The translations under genes were made by a program, and so were the position numbers. The notes under the pieces are model-generated. The model saw nothing but the letters and a program-made list of their open reading frames with translations, made no database searches and had not been told where the DNA came from. From NCBI GenBank assembly GCA_030141605.1, contig JAQGDQ010000858.1:1-64000 (forward strand): DNA of 64,000 nt, read 5' to 3'. The DNA comes from Tubiluchus corallicola (taxonomy: Eukaryota > Animalia > Priapulida). Of this stretch, positions 30,101 to 41,121 are shown piece by piece; position 1 is the first letter of the stretch; each line of letters begins with the position of its first letter.

Positions 30101-33100
30101 ATGAGAAAACTGGTATCACAGTTTGTTAAATATCCCTTCTATGCAAACCTTATTATTGCAGTGCTCCTGCTCGCTGGCGGGGTGAGCTTGTTCACAATAA
30201 AAAAATCATTCTTTCCTGAAAGAAGCTCACGATTCATTTTTGTTTCAGTATTTTATCCCGGAGCTTCCCCTACAGAGATGGAAGAAGGGATAACATCGCG
30301 CATTGAAGAAGCTACCCGTAGCATTGTAGGCATTAAAGAGATAACCTCCACATCATCAGAAGATGTCTCCTCTGTAAGAATAGAAATAACAGGAGAATAT
30401 GACATTAACGAAACGCTAATGGATGTAAAAAATGCTGTAGATGGGATCCCCTCTTTTCCATCTGCCGCAGAAAAACCTATTGTATACAAGCAGCGGACTA
30501 CCTCAACAGCGCTGTTTTTGTCACTTACGGGAGATGTAAGCCTGATGACCCTGAAAGAGTATGGGCAGCGTGTGGAAGAAGACCTCCTTACATCAGGAAT
30601 TGTTAGCCAGGTGAGACTAAGCGGGTTCCCTTCTCCCGAAATATCTGTTGAAGTACATGAAGAGGACCTGTTACGTTACGGAATAACATTTAGTGAAGTA
30701 TCGCAGGCTATCTCTGCAAATAATAGTGATATATCGGGAGGGCAAATCCGCTCTGATGAAGAAGAAATCTTAATACGCCTACGCTCAAGAACTACAGATC
30801 CTGACAAAATAGGTGATATTATTTTGAGAGGAAGTCCGGAAGGAGGATATGTGCGCATCAGAGATGTTGCAGAAATAAAAAAGAAATTTTCCGATGTACC
30901 ACAAAGAACATACAAGAAAGGAAAGCCTCTTATCGCTCTCACAATAAGTAAGCTCATCTCTGAAGACTTAGAAGGAATAACCAAGCTCTGTAAAAAATAC
31001 ACAGAAGAATTTAACGCTAACGACCACGGAGTTACCCTCGAGGTGGAATTTTCATATCTCGAAATACTGAAAAGCAGGCTGGATCTTTTGTTGAGCAATG
31101 GCTCTGTAGGATTGATACTGGTAGTTATCTCATTGGCAATGTTATTAAACTTCAGGTTGTCATTGTGGGTAGCATGGGGTATTCCTTCCTCTTTCTTGGC
31201 AATGTTTATTGTAGCAAACCAAATGGGACTAACGATAAATATGCTATCGTTGTTTGGGATGATCCTTGTAATTGGAGTGCTTGTTGATGACGGGGTTGTA
31301 ATAGGCGAAAACATATATCAGCATTTTGAAATGGGGAAAAGCCCTAAAAGGGCTGCTGTTGATGGAACAATGGAGGTTGCACCGGCAGTAATTACATCTA
31401 TCTCCACAACAATTGTTGCTTTTCTTCCTCTGCTATTTTTAACAGGAAGTATGGAGCGAATGAGAGAAATGGCATATGTCGTTATTCTAACCCTGTTTTT
31501 CTCTCTGATTGAAGCATTTTTTGTTTTGCCAGCCCACCTTGCCAGCCATGCTGTACTCAATCCGCGAATCCTTGAAAAAGACAGAACAGGGGTGAAAAAA
31601 TATATAGAAAGAGCTATTGAATGGCTGCGGGATAGAGTGTATTACAAAACATTAAAACTAATCCTCTGTTACCGGTACTTTGTCATCGGCATCCCTCTTG
31701 CCATGTTTTTGATAACAACTGGCTTTATGCAGTCTGGAAAAATAAAAACAACTTTTTTCCCCGCTATGGAGTTCGACAGTTTTAACCTGAATATTGCATT
31801 TGTCCCGGGATCAGGAGAAAAACGAACTACAGAATTTCTTAAAGAGTTTGAAAGAAAAGTATGGGAGGTCAACGAGGAGATGTTAAAAGAATACCCTAGC
31901 GCTTTTGATAATATCAAACCATCACTCTGGGATAAAATAACAGGTCGCGAAATAGATACATCGAGAACAATCATTAATGATATATTTCTCAATGTGGGAA
32001 CAGCATTTGACGGACTGGAAAAAGGCTCTCATGCTGGCAGCCTCTCCATATACCCTCGCAACCTGGAAGGAACAGGGATTAGCTCATTTGAAATAGTTAA
32101 CAGGGTCAGGGAAAAAATTGGAGAAGTGCCGGAAGCTAAAAAATTTACTGTTGCCGGAAGGGTCATGTTCGGTATGCCTGTATCTATATCTCTACTTGGT
32201 AGAAATATAGAAGAGTTGGAAAATGCGCGGGACTTTATGTTTGAAAAGCTGGGGGAGATGCCGCAACTAAAAGATATTGTTGACAACAATGCGCTTGGGA
32301 AACAGGAAGTTCGCCTGGAGCTAAAACCCAAAGCCTACATGCTGGGGCTCAATAAATCAATGATTGTCAATCAAGTAAGACAAGGATTTTATGGAGAGCA
32401 GGCACAAAGGCTACAAGAGGGGCGTGATGAATTAAGGGTGTGGGTACGTTATCCTAGCGAAGGACGTGAACAGATAGGACAACTGGAGCGAATGAAAATA
32501 AAAACTCCCGCAGGAGAATTTCCGCTTATTGAGTTAGCCAGATACAGCTTGGAGCGTGGCCCAGTTGCAATACAGAGATACAACGGCATGAGGGAAATAC
32601 GTGTAGAAGCAGATATCGTGGACAGAGATGAGTCTGTCCCCGAGCTTATCGCTCAGATAGAGAAACAAATTATACCCGAGTTAAAAGTAAAATATCCGGG
32701 GGTAAGCTTAGAGAGCCAAGGACAACAAAAAGAGAGCAAAGAGTCTGGAAAAATTATATCAAACTACTACTCAATCGCCTTCTTCATAATTATAATGATA
32801 TTGATGATACACTTCAAATCATTTGAACAGCCTCTACTGGTGCTGTGTATGATACCACTATCTGTATTGGGAGCCGTCTGGGGGCATGGAGTTCACGGGA
32901 AGGTGGTGTCAATGCTTTCCCTTTATGGCATAATAGCTCTTTCTGGAGTGATTATAAACGATGCCGTGGTGTTTCTGTCAAGATATAATGACCTGATAGT
33001 ACGCAAAGTAAAAGTCAAGGACGCAATAATCGCAGCTGGAAAGTCTAGACTGCGCCCTATACTTCTGACCACTATTACCACTTCCATAGGTCTGTTTCCC

Positions 33101-33412
33101 CTGATCCTTGAAAAAAGCTTTCAGGCACAGTTTCTCATTCCTATGGCTATCTCACTTGTATACGGTGTTGCATTTGGAACACTGTTTATACTTATCTTTT
33201 TCCCCGCCACTATCTTAATACTCAACGATATAAGAGTTTGCAGAAAACAACTGGCAAGGGCTATAAAAATGTACTGGAGGGGGGAGAATCCTGATTGGGC
33301 ACAACCTGAAAGAGAAGAGGTAGAGATCGCTATGATACATAGTAAGCGTAAAATTGAGGATGTAAAAGAACCAGAAGTGAATATGATGGTTAGCGATCTT
33401 GATTTAACATAG
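30101..33412 (+). CDS. AcrB/AcrD/AcrF family RND transporter
   Basis: 1103 aa; YPGASPTEMEEGI, IGVLVDDGVVIGENI, GVIINDAVV, SRLRPILLTTITT, PMAISLVYG. Confidence 0.95.
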   Translation: MRKLVSQFVKYPFYANLIIAVLLLAGGVSLFTIKKSFFPERSSRFIFVSVFYPGASPTEMEEGITSRIEEATRSIVGIKEITSTSSEDVSSVRIEITGEYDINETLMDVKNAVDGIPSFPSAAEKPIVYKQRTTSTALFLSLTGDVSLMTLKEYGQRVEEDLLTSGIVSQVRLSGFPSPEISVEVHEEDLLRYGITFSEVSQAISANNSDISGGQIRSDEEEILIRLRSRTTDPDKIGDIILRGSPEGGYVRIRDVAEIKKKFSDVPQRTYKKGKPLIALTISKLISEDLEGITKLCKKYTEEFNANDHGVTLEVEFSYLEILKSRLDLLLSNGSVGLILVVISLAMLLNFRLSLWVAWGIPSSFLAMFIVANQMGLTINMLSLFGMILVIGVLVDDGVVIGENIYQHFEMGKSPKRAAVDGTMEVAPAVITSISTTIVAFLPLLFLTGSMERMREMAYVVILTLFFSLIEAFFVLPAHLASHAVLNPRILEKDRTGVKKYIERAIEWLRDRVYYKTLKLILCYRYFVIGIPLAMFLITTGFMQSGKIKTTFFPAMEFDSFNLNIAFVPGSGEKRTTEFLKEFERKVWEVNEEMLKEYPSAFDNIKPSLWDKITGREIDTSRTIINDIFLNVGTAFDGLEKGSHAGSLSIYPRNLEGTGISSFEIVNRVREKIGEVPEAKKFTVAGRVMFGMPVSISLLGRNIEELENARDFMFEKLGEMPQLKDIVDNNALGKQEVRLELKPKAYMLGLNKSMIVNQVRQGFYGEQAQRLQEGRDELRVWVRYPSEGREQIGQLERMKIKTPAGEFPLIELARYSLERGPVAIQRYNGMREIRVEADIVDRDESVPELIAQIEKQIIPELKVKYPGVSLESQGQQKESKESGKIISNYYSIAFFIIIMILMIHFKSFEQPLLVLCMIPLSVLGAVWGHGVHGKVVSMLSLYGIIALSGVIINDAVVFLSRYNDLIVRKVKVKDAIIAAGKSRLRPILLTTITTSIGLFPLILEKSFQAQFLIPMAISLVYGVAFGTLFILIFFPATILILNDIRVCRKQLARAIKMYWRGENPDWAQPEREEVEIAMIHSKRKIEDVKEPEVNMMVSDLDLT

Positions 33413-33417
33413 ACAAA

Positions 33418-34746
33418 ATGAATACACAAAGGATGATCAAGATTATATTAGTTGGGACACTGTCTCTCTTTACTCTACTATCTCCCAAATCAGAGGTAAA
33501 AGGGCAACAGCCTCTTAACTTTTCTGATGCAATATCAAAAGCATTAAAAAACAACTATGATATAGTCATTGTAAAAGGGAATAAAGAAATAGCTTCACTA
33601 AACAACAGGTGGGGAACAGCAGGAAGGTATCCTGATATTAACTTCTCTGCTAATTCAAATAATGAATGGGGATCTAATGAACAGAACGACTATACACAAA
33701 ATACATTGAGAGGAGGTGTTACTCTTGACTGGATGCTTTTTAACGGCTTCTCTGTCAATATATCCAAAGCAAAACTGAATGACCTGGAGCAACTCTCTAA
33801 AGGCAACACATCAGTAATTGTTGAAGAGACTGTCCACGCGGTAACACTTGGATACAACCTTGTGCTTCTTGAACAGCAAAGGCTAAATGTACTAAAAGCT
33901 CTGATGAAGCTATCGGAAGACCGCTACAACTATGAAAGAGACAAAAAAGAGATTGGCAGCTCCGTTACATTTGATGTCTTACAGGCGCAAAATGCTTACT
34001 TAGCAGATAAAGCAAACCTCCTCGCACAAGAGGTAATGCTAAAAAATGCTATCAGGGATTTGAGTTACATTATGGGAGAAAAAGAGGCCGATACATGGGT
34101 TTTTCCTGATTCACTTGAACCGGTTATTAACAACTATATAATTGCCGATTTACAACAAAAAATGTACTCTAATAATAATACTCTAAAGAACCAGTTTATT
34201 AATCAAAGTCTGATGGAGCGAGAAACTGCATTAGCAAAAAGCAATTTCTATCCATCGCTAAGATTGTCCACAGGTATAGAAGGGAGCAGTAGCAAAATAA
34301 AATATGACAACGGGAACAATATAAATAGCGACTTGTGGAAATATTACGGCAACCTTACACTCAGCTATAACCTGTACAGTGGCGGGGTAAGAAGCAGAGC
34401 AGTGCAAATTGCTAAAATAGGTGAAGGCTTAGAGCAGGTTAAAACCGAATCACTAAGGCACTTACTAACAAATCAGCTGTTAAATATTTACGAGCTGTAT
34501 GAGTTGAGGAAAGAACTGCTGGGTGTAGCTAATGAAGCGTATGCAGCTGCTAAGCTTAACATGCAAATTGCAGAGGATAAATTTCGCAACGGATCAATTA
34601 ACTCTTTCAACTATCGCGATGTACAACTAATCTACCTGAATGCAGCTCTGAGTAGATTGCAAACAATATATAACCTTATAGAATCAGACATTTCACTTAT
34701 AAGGATCACGGGAGGTATTATCATGGAGTATGCTCCCGATATCTAA
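33418..34746 (+). CDS. TolC family outer membrane efflux protein
   Basis: Signal peptide, ALKNNYDI, duplicated YP..N/S and L..G motifs; follows the RND gene. Confidence 0.9.
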   Translation: MNTQRMIKIILVGTLSLFTLLSPKSEVKGQQPLNFSDAISKALKNNYDIVIVKGNKEIASLNNRWGTAGRYPDINFSANSNNEWGSNEQNDYTQNTLRGGVTLDWMLFNGFSVNISKAKLNDLEQLSKGNTSVIVEETVHAVTLGYNLVLLEQQRLNVLKALMKLSEDRYNYERDKKEIGSSVTFDVLQAQNAYLADKANLLAQEVMLKNAIRDLSYIMGEKEADTWVFPDSLEPVINNYIIADLQQKMYSNNNTLKNQFINQSLMERETALAKSNFYPSLRLSTGIEGSSSKIKYDNGNNINSDLWKYYGNLTLSYNLYSGGVRSRAVQIAKIGEGLEQVKTESLRHLLTNQLLNIYELYELRKELLGVANEAYAAAKLNMQIAEDKFRNGSINSFNYRDVQLIYLNAALSRLQTIYNLIESDISLIRITGGIIMEYAPDI

Positions 34747-34792
34747 GAACTCCATACTTTTGTTATCATCAGGCTCTCTACCCTTAGAGAAA

Positions 34793-36166
34793 CTACCTGT
34801 CAAACAGAAGCCTCTCTCCCTTCACATTATCATAAAACACGCCTTTGCCCCCGTGCGCACTGCTCTCATATACTAGATTCCCATTAACAAGGGTATGGGT
34901 AACCATATAGTTAAACGATTCTCCCTCAAACATAGACCAGCCGCACTTATAATTAATATTATCTTTATTGACGATCCACCTACGAGGTTCTACCAACACT
35001 ATATCAGCACGATATCCTTTTCTAATAAATCCTCTGTTCTTAATACTAAACAGCTTTGCAGGAGAATGGCACATTTTCTCAACTACCTTCTCAATTGATA
35101 ATTTACCCTGATGAAACAGATCCAGCATTACCATAAGTGAGTGCTGTACCATTGGACCTCCCGAGGGGGATTTAAAATAGGTATTGCTCTTCTCTTCAAA
35201 AGTGTGTGGAGCATGATCTGTTGCAACAACATCAATTCTGTTATCTACTACTGCTTCAATAAGCGCTAAGCGATCGTGCTCCGATTTTATTGCAGGATTC
35301 CATTTTATTGTGGCACCATACTTTTTATAATGCTTATCGGAAAACCATAAATGATGCACACAAACTTCCGATGTAATACTCTTATCCTCGACTGAGCCCG
35401 GCTTAAAAAGTGCAGCCTCTGCCGCCGTCGATAGGTGCAGTACATGTAGCCTAGCATTATATTTTTCAGCAAGCTCTATGGCTTTTGATGTTGAAGCAAA
35501 GCAGGCTTCAGCACTCCTTATATTTGGGTGCTCCCATATTGGAACACTTTCTCCGTATTTTCCTTTTGCAATAGTAGTATTACGCTGTATTATAGATTCC
35601 TCCTCACAATGAGTTGCAATAAGCATGTTTGATTTGGAAAAAATGTTGGAAAGTGCAAGAGGATTATCAACCAACATATTTCCTGTGGAAGACCCCATAA
35701 AAACTTTTATACCACACACCTTTTTAGCATCCGTTTCCAACAACTCATCAAGATTATCATTAGTAGCACCAATATAGAATGAATAATTTGCCAGAGAGGT
35801 TGCCGATGCACGTAGATATTTTAGCTCCAACTGCTTATGGCTGGTAGCCTGAGGAACAGTGTTGGGCATCTCCATATAAGAGGTGACCCCTCCCGAAACA
35901 GCAGCCCTTGACTCAGATGCAATATCTGCTTTATGTGTAAGCCCTGGCTCTCTAAAATGAACCTGATCGTCAATTATCCCTGGCAATAATAACTTACCGG
36001 TAGCATCTATTGTGACAGACTTTTTTAATATTGCATCAGGCACCTTCCCTCTGAATATCTCAAAAATATCCCCCCCACGAATGAGAAGGCTTGCACCATC
36101 AAACACTTGCCCTTCATTGATAATTCTGGCATTAACAATAACGATATCTCTCATCTCTGTCAACAT
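34793..36166 (-). CDS. pyrC: Dihydroorotase
   Basis: PGIIDDQVHFREPG, MEMPNT, KVFMGSSTG, HVLHLST, IKWNPAIK, ATDHAPH. Confidence 0.93.
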   Translation of the reverse strand: MLTEMRDIVIVNARIINEGQVFDGASLLIRGGDIFEIFRGKVPDAILKKSVTIDATGKLLLPGIIDDQVHFREPGLTHKADIASESRAAVSGGVTSYMEMPNTVPQATSHKQLELKYLRASATSLANYSFYIGATNDNLDELLETDAKKVCGIKVFMGSSTGNMLVDNPLALSNIFSKSNMLIATHCEEESIIQRNTTIAKGKYGESVPIWEHPNIRSAEACFASTSKAIELAEKYNARLHVLHLSTAAEAALFKPGSVEDKSITSEVCVHHLWFSDKHYKKYGATIKWNPAIKSEHDRLALIEAVVDNRIDVVATDHAPHTFEEKSNTYFKSPSGGPMVQHSLMVMLDLFHQGKLSIEKVVEKMCHSPAKLFSIKNRGFIRKGYRADIVLVEPRRWIVNKDNINYKCGWSMFEGESFNYMVTHTLVNGNLVYESSAHGGKGVFYDNVKGERLLFDR

Positions 36167-36263
36167 CTACTAATTTGCACACCCCCAATTAAATCACACA
36201 GCTTTTAAATTGGAATACTGAACTGTGCTTAGTTTTAGCCAGAATTATCATCAGATAGCACAC

Positions 36264-36995
36264 CTAACATTTGTAACTCCTGAAAAAACTTTGCAATTTC
36301 ATTTTTATTACCCCAAAAAATGCCTCCCCAAATATACCCCCACTCATTTTAGACAAACCATCCTTTCTATCTGTAAATATAATAGGTACCTCTACTATGT
36401 TAAAACCAAACTTCCAGGCGGTAAACTTTATCTCTATTTGAAACCCATACCCCTTCATTTTGATATTTTGGGGCTTGATAGTTTCCAGCACATTACGTCT
36501 ATAACACTTAAAACCAGCAGTAGTATCCATTATTTTCATCCCTGTTACCATCCTCACATATACCGATGCAAAATATGACATAAGCACCCTTTTGAGCGGC
36601 CAGTTAACTACATTTACCCCGGAAATGTATCGAGACCCAATAGCAACATCCGCACCGCCGCTTTTACACACTTCATACAGGCCCATCAAGCTGTCAGGAC
36701 TATGAGAAAAATCGGCATCCATTTCGAAAATATAATCATACCCTTTCTCAACAGCCCACTCAAACCCCCTGATATAAGCCGTACCCAAGCCAAGCTTTCC
36801 CTCTCTTTCCACCATAAAAAGAGACTTTGGATACTTCAGAATAAGGTTCTTTACTATTAAAGCCGTGCCATCAGAAGAATTATCATCCACCACAAGTATG
36901 TGAAAATCTTTTTTGAGAAGAAATATCTCACCTACTATTTTTTCAATATTCTCCCTTTCATTATAAGTCGGTATTATTATAACACTATCTGACAC
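36264..36995 (-). CDS. Polyprenol monophosphomannose synthase (GT2, DPM1-like)
   Basis: IIPTYNERENI, VDDNSSDGT, GKLGLGTAY, EMDADFSH, GSRY, DTTAGFKCY. Confidence 0.93.
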   Translation of the reverse strand: MSDSVIIIPTYNERENIEKIVGEIFLLKKDFHILVVDDNSSDGTALIVKNLILKYPKSLFMVEREGKLGLGTAYIRGFEWAVEKGYDYIFEMDADFSHSPDSLMGLYEVCKSGGADVAIGSRYISGVNVVNWPLKRVLMSYFASVYVRMVTGMKIMDTTAGFKCYRRNVLETIKPQNIKMKGYGFQIEIKFTAWKFGFNIVEVPIIFTDRKDGLSKMSGGIFGEAFFGVIKMKLQSFFRSYKC

Positions 36996-37025
36996 CTTAT
37001 ATTAATTAAAGTAATTATTGCTAAG

Positions 37026-37033
37026 CAAATATA
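37026..37033 (-). promoter_or_regulatory. -7 promoter element for the GT2-pyrC unit
   Basis: Minus strand TATATTTG about 30 nt upstream of the GTG start. Confidence 0.6.
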
Positions 37034-37485
37034 AAATTATTTTTAATGACAGGCGCACATCAATATATCCTGCCCAAAATCCTCAGACCTCAGAACCCTG
37101 TAGGCTTATAAAATACTTCCCTGCTGCCTAGGTAATTCCAGTAATCAAACTTTTGCTTTGTCGTTAATGCTCATGATTTTTCTGATACTTTCACTGAATC
37201 CTTTACTTTCAACAATATAATGTAGCTATTGACTGTATTGCGCAAAATATTTAAAAGATCACCAATTTGCCACCTGTTTTGCTCCGTCGTTGTACAACGA
37301 TAATATTTATTTTTAATCCATCTGATTAAGTTTGTTTGGCATATCCATAAAAATCTGCAATATAATCTTCCAAAGCGCGCCACCGGCATAGCTTAACCAG
37401 AAACCAGCAGCACAAAATGAGTCAAAATAGTCATAAATAAACTTTTACTAGCTATGAAAAACTATTCATTGCTTTTGGGCAGTTT

Positions 37486-38193
37486 TCATTTTGTAAGAAC
37501 TAATAATGAATACCCTCCCATCAGCTTCACAGTTAAATCAGGAAAAAGTGAAAACATTAACTTTCTTTCGTGGCACATTTGCAATTTTAGTTGCTATTCT
37601 TTTGGGTATTACAAAAGAACCGTCAGTATAAAAATAATCTATTATATCCAATCCAGAATCTTCAAGTGTGGCCAAAGCTGTTTCTTTTGTAAAATAATGC
37701 AAATGTCCCACGCTATCTCTTACAGAAGTTAAGCGACTCCTCAATATTGAACTAACATGTATGTCAAGTGGTATGTGAAATATTTTATATTCAGCTTGTT
37801 CTTTACACTTTTCAATAAAACCAATATAATCTGAAACATGCTCAAAAACATCTATCATCAATAATAAATCAAATTTTTCTTTCTGCTCAGATGTAAAATC
37901 TTTACAAAAGAAGTTGATATTGGGCTTGTTATTTTTACGCGCCATTTTAATAGCACTTTCTGCTATGTCATAACCTTCAAAGGTAATATCACCGTTATTA
38001 AAATAACTCGTCCATCTGGTATAATATTTCTCCTGCTCCACAACCAACTTCAACTATTGTTCTTGGCTTTAGCTCATTCTTCTTTAATAATCTTCAAAAT
38101 CTGCCTTGCCTTCCATGGGGAATCCTCTACACCCCAAGTTGGATTATTTTTCAAATATTTACAATTTTCTTATGTATAAATCTTTTCTAGCAT
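37486..38193 (-). pseudogene. Class I SAM-dependent methyltransferase pseudogene
   Basis: Pieces in different frames: MLEKIYT*..YLKNNPTWGVEDSPWKARQI; KPRTIVEVGCGAGEIL (motif I); GYDIAESAI..FDLLLMIDVFEHV..GHLHYF; LMFSLFPDLTVKLMGGYSLLVLTK*. Confidence 0.82.
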
Positions 38194-38540
38194 AATTTTC
38201 ATTTATTATTCACAACAAGTTGTTTATACGCAGCTTGGGAGTTTGAAGCACCTACCTGTCACCCCGTTATATTTTTTATTAAGCATGCTCATTTTCAACA
38301 TAGCACAATCTGCCAAATAATCTTATTAATTAGCTAAATATTAACGCCTATTTCGCTTATTTTATTGTTTATTAACACTTGTAGTTCATGTTAAATTGCT
38401 AGGCGGCACCATAAAATTCACACCAAATTGTTATGCTTGTGACTTGTACAGTAAAAGGGAGGGTTTTGTGCCCTTAGCAAATTTGATGGCAATACCTCTC
38501 GATGCCTTCAGGTTCAGAAAGAAAGAGAGCGACTATAAAG

Positions 38541-39798
38541 GGACTGTCTCAAAAGTGATAGCCTCTTTTGTGTTTATTGAGTTACTAACAATTAATTGCC
38601 TGTAAATCAAAAAAAGAAAGCCTTAATGCTTCCTTAAATTCATAGATTCTTGCAACTTGCGTGTGATTTTCAATAAGTTAAAGGTGCGATTAAAAAATGA
38701 TTCTTCAAAGCAGCTAATGCTACTTCCCCCCCAGCCTTGATGATTTAATTGAAGACAAGAACCATTCGGTATATGCAGTCAATAAGGTGGCTAATAAGAT
38801 CAATATTGAACCTCTTATCAAAACATATAAAGGAGAAGGCACCTCAAGTTATCACCTTATCACCCAAGAATGCTTCTAAAAGTTATCATTTAATGTTTAC
38901 TTGAATAATGCTTACAGTACGAGAGGCATTGAGTATCAATTAAAAGGCAATATTTATTTTATGTGGTTAAGTGGCGAGTCAACCTGATCATAATACTATT
39001 TTTCGTTAGGAGTAAAGGGCTAAAAGGGGAAATTAAAAAGATGCTTGCTCTAGTTGTTGCTTTGCTGATTAAAGGAGGGTTGGTTAGCATAAAAGAGGCC
39101 TTTATTGATGGGACCAAAATTAAAGCCAATGCCAACCACTACGCTTTCGTATGGGGCAAACCCATAAATACAAACAAAGGAAAAATGAAAGACCAGCTTG
39201 AAACTCTGTAGTCATATGTAGAACAGGTTTGTAAAAAAGAAAGCTCACTGCTTGAAAACCTGATTTTAGGGAATTATCACCAGAAAAAGTTGATGCCACT
39301 ATCCAAACAATAAACAAAGCACTATCAAGCAGAACACGCCACTACACCAAGTAGTTAACCGCAATAATCGTCCAGTAGGATGGGGTCTCATAAGGCAAAA
39401 GGCAACCATATAATTTCCGTAAGCCATAACCTAATCAGTCATAAAAGTAAGGTTCGAAAGCTTTTAACAAGTGAAGAAGAAGTAAAGTGCAGGAAGCAAA
39501 GAGCCTGGGCTGTTAAAGGTGCTTTTGGAATATTAAAGCATAATAAAGGCTTTAAAAGATTTATGTTCAAAGGCCTTGATAGTGTTGAGATTGAAGCAGG
39601 GGTATTACTAATTGCTCACAATATTGCTAAAGTGAGTGCCTGGATAAACTCTTATTCAATTCATTATCTTAAAAAGATGACCTAATTTACGATTAAAAAG
39701 TTTTCAAAAAAGTATTCCTATTACCAAATTCAATTACTCATAATAATTGTTTAAAAAGTTGACAAAAAACTGTCCCAAAGTTACTTTTGAGATAGCTC
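38541..39798 (+). mobile_element. Degenerate, internally deleted IS1182-family element
   Basis: Fragments QLMLLPP, GTSSYHPRMLLK, FMWLSG..PDHNTI, FIDGTKIKANAN..FVWGK, FGILKHNKGFKRF..G..V..E....IAHN with many stops and frameshifts. Ends GGACTGTCTCAAAAGT and ACTTTTGAGATAGCTC match 13/16 as inverted repeats. Confidence 0.85.
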
Positions 39799-39849
39799 TC
39801 ATAGAAATAAACTTAACCTAGATGCACAACAGCTGTTGAAAAATATTTT

Positions 39850-39979
39850 GAGACCTTTACAAGATTAAAAAAAACCTGGTTCAAATTGAGTGAAAACTCA
39901 AAAAAAATCGCAGTTTACTGATCTAAAATAAATGCTTTGGCAAAAACATTTAATAAAAAATGAGTTTTGCAAAGGCTCC
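39850..39979 (+). repeat. Palindromic dispersed element, copy R11
   Basis: GAGACCTTTACA...CTGGTTCAAATTGA...AAAATCGCAGTTTACTGATCTAAA...TTAATAAAAAATGAGTTTTGCAAAGGCTCC. Confidence 0.9.
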
Positions 39980-40004
39980 GTTTTTATAGTCAAATACTAC
40001 TTAC

Positions 40005-40012
40005 TATATTTG
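40005..40012 (+). promoter_or_regulatory. -7 promoter element for mdh
   Basis: TATATTTG about 90 nt upstream of the ATG. Confidence 0.6.
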
Positions 40013-40103
40013 AGCACAAATTTTGGATACAAGAATTGAAACCGAAAATTTTCTATTTTCATCATTTCTGAAATAGGCAACTAATTTTAAAAATTAAGTA
40101 ATT

Positions 40104-41045
40104 ATGAAAGTTACCGTTATTGGTGCAGGAAACGTTGGTGCTACATGTGCTGATGTTTTAGCATATCGAGAAGTTGTAGGCGAAGTTGTATTAGTAGACA
40201 TAAAAGAGGGACTTGCTGAAGGCAAAGCCCTGGATATATGGCAAAAAGCTCCTGTAAATGTTTATGATACCCGCACAGTTGGAGTAACAAACGACTACAC
40301 CCGAACAGCAGGCTCAGACGTTGTGGTAATCACTTCTGGACTACCGCGTAAACCTGGAATGAGTAGAGATGACCTTATTGAGACAAATGCCGGAATTGTA
40401 AAAACAGTGACGGAAAGCGTTATCAAATATTCGCCTGAGGCAATTATCATTGTCGTATCCAATCCACTTGACGTAATGACATACCAGGCACACTTAGTAT
40501 CAAAGTTGCCACGCACAAAAGTAATAGGCATGGCTGGTATACTTGATACTGCTCGCTATCGTGCTTTCCTTGCGGAGGAACTGAATATATCGCAAAAGGA
40601 GATACAGGCTGTACTAATGGGAGGGCATGGCGACACCATGGTCCCCTTACCTCGCTACACCACTGTTGGAGGTATTCCTGTAACGGAGCTTATCGGAGAG
40701 AAAGAGCTAAGTGCAATTGTAGAGCGAACTAAATATGGAGGTGGAGAACTGGTAAAGTTAATGGGTACTTCGGCATGGTATGCACCAGGCGCAGCTGCAG
40801 CACAAATGGTAGAAGCCATAGTAAAAGACCAGCGTCGCGTATTCCCTGTTTGTATCCTGCTTGATGGCGAATACGGCATAAATAATTGCTATCTTGGAGT
40901 TCCGGTAATTTTAGGCAAAAACGGAGTGGAAAAAATTATTGAAATGCAGTTGAACAGTGCTGAAATGGCACTCTTAAAAGATAGTGAAGGGCATGTAAAG
41001 GAGGTAATGGGAGTACTTGACAAGTTGAACAGCAAATCAACGTAG
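40104..41045 (+). CDS. mdh: Malate dehydrogenase (LDH-like)
   Basis: GAGNVG, TSGLPRKPGMSRDDL, VSNPLD, GMAGILDTARYR, MGGHGDTMVP. Confidence 0.97.
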   Translation: MKVTVIGAGNVGATCADVLAYREVVGEVVLVDIKEGLAEGKALDIWQKAPVNVYDTRTVGVTNDYTRTAGSDVVVITSGLPRKPGMSRDDLIETNAGIVKTVTESVIKYSPEAIIIVVSNPLDVMTYQAHLVSKLPRTKVIGMAGILDTARYRAFLAEELNISQKEIQAVLMGGHGDTMVPLPRYTTVGGIPVTELIGEKELSAIVERTKYGGGELVKLMGTSAWYAPGAAAAQMVEAIVKDQRRVFPVCILLDGEYGINNCYLGVPVILGKNGVEKIIEMQLNSAEMALLKDSEGHVKEVMGVLDKLNSKST

Positions 41046-41090
41046 CAACTGCTACAAATTAAAATAGTATTAAAAAACATTGCGTTACAA

Positions 41091-41121
41091 ATAGAGGGTG
41101 TCTCAAAAGGGCACCCTCTAT
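41091..41121. terminator. Stem-loop downstream of mdh (TGTCTCAAAAG palindrome family)
   Basis: ATAGAGGGTGTC-TCAAAAG-GGCACCCTCTAT, 12 bp stem; no clear U-tract. Confidence 0.55.
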
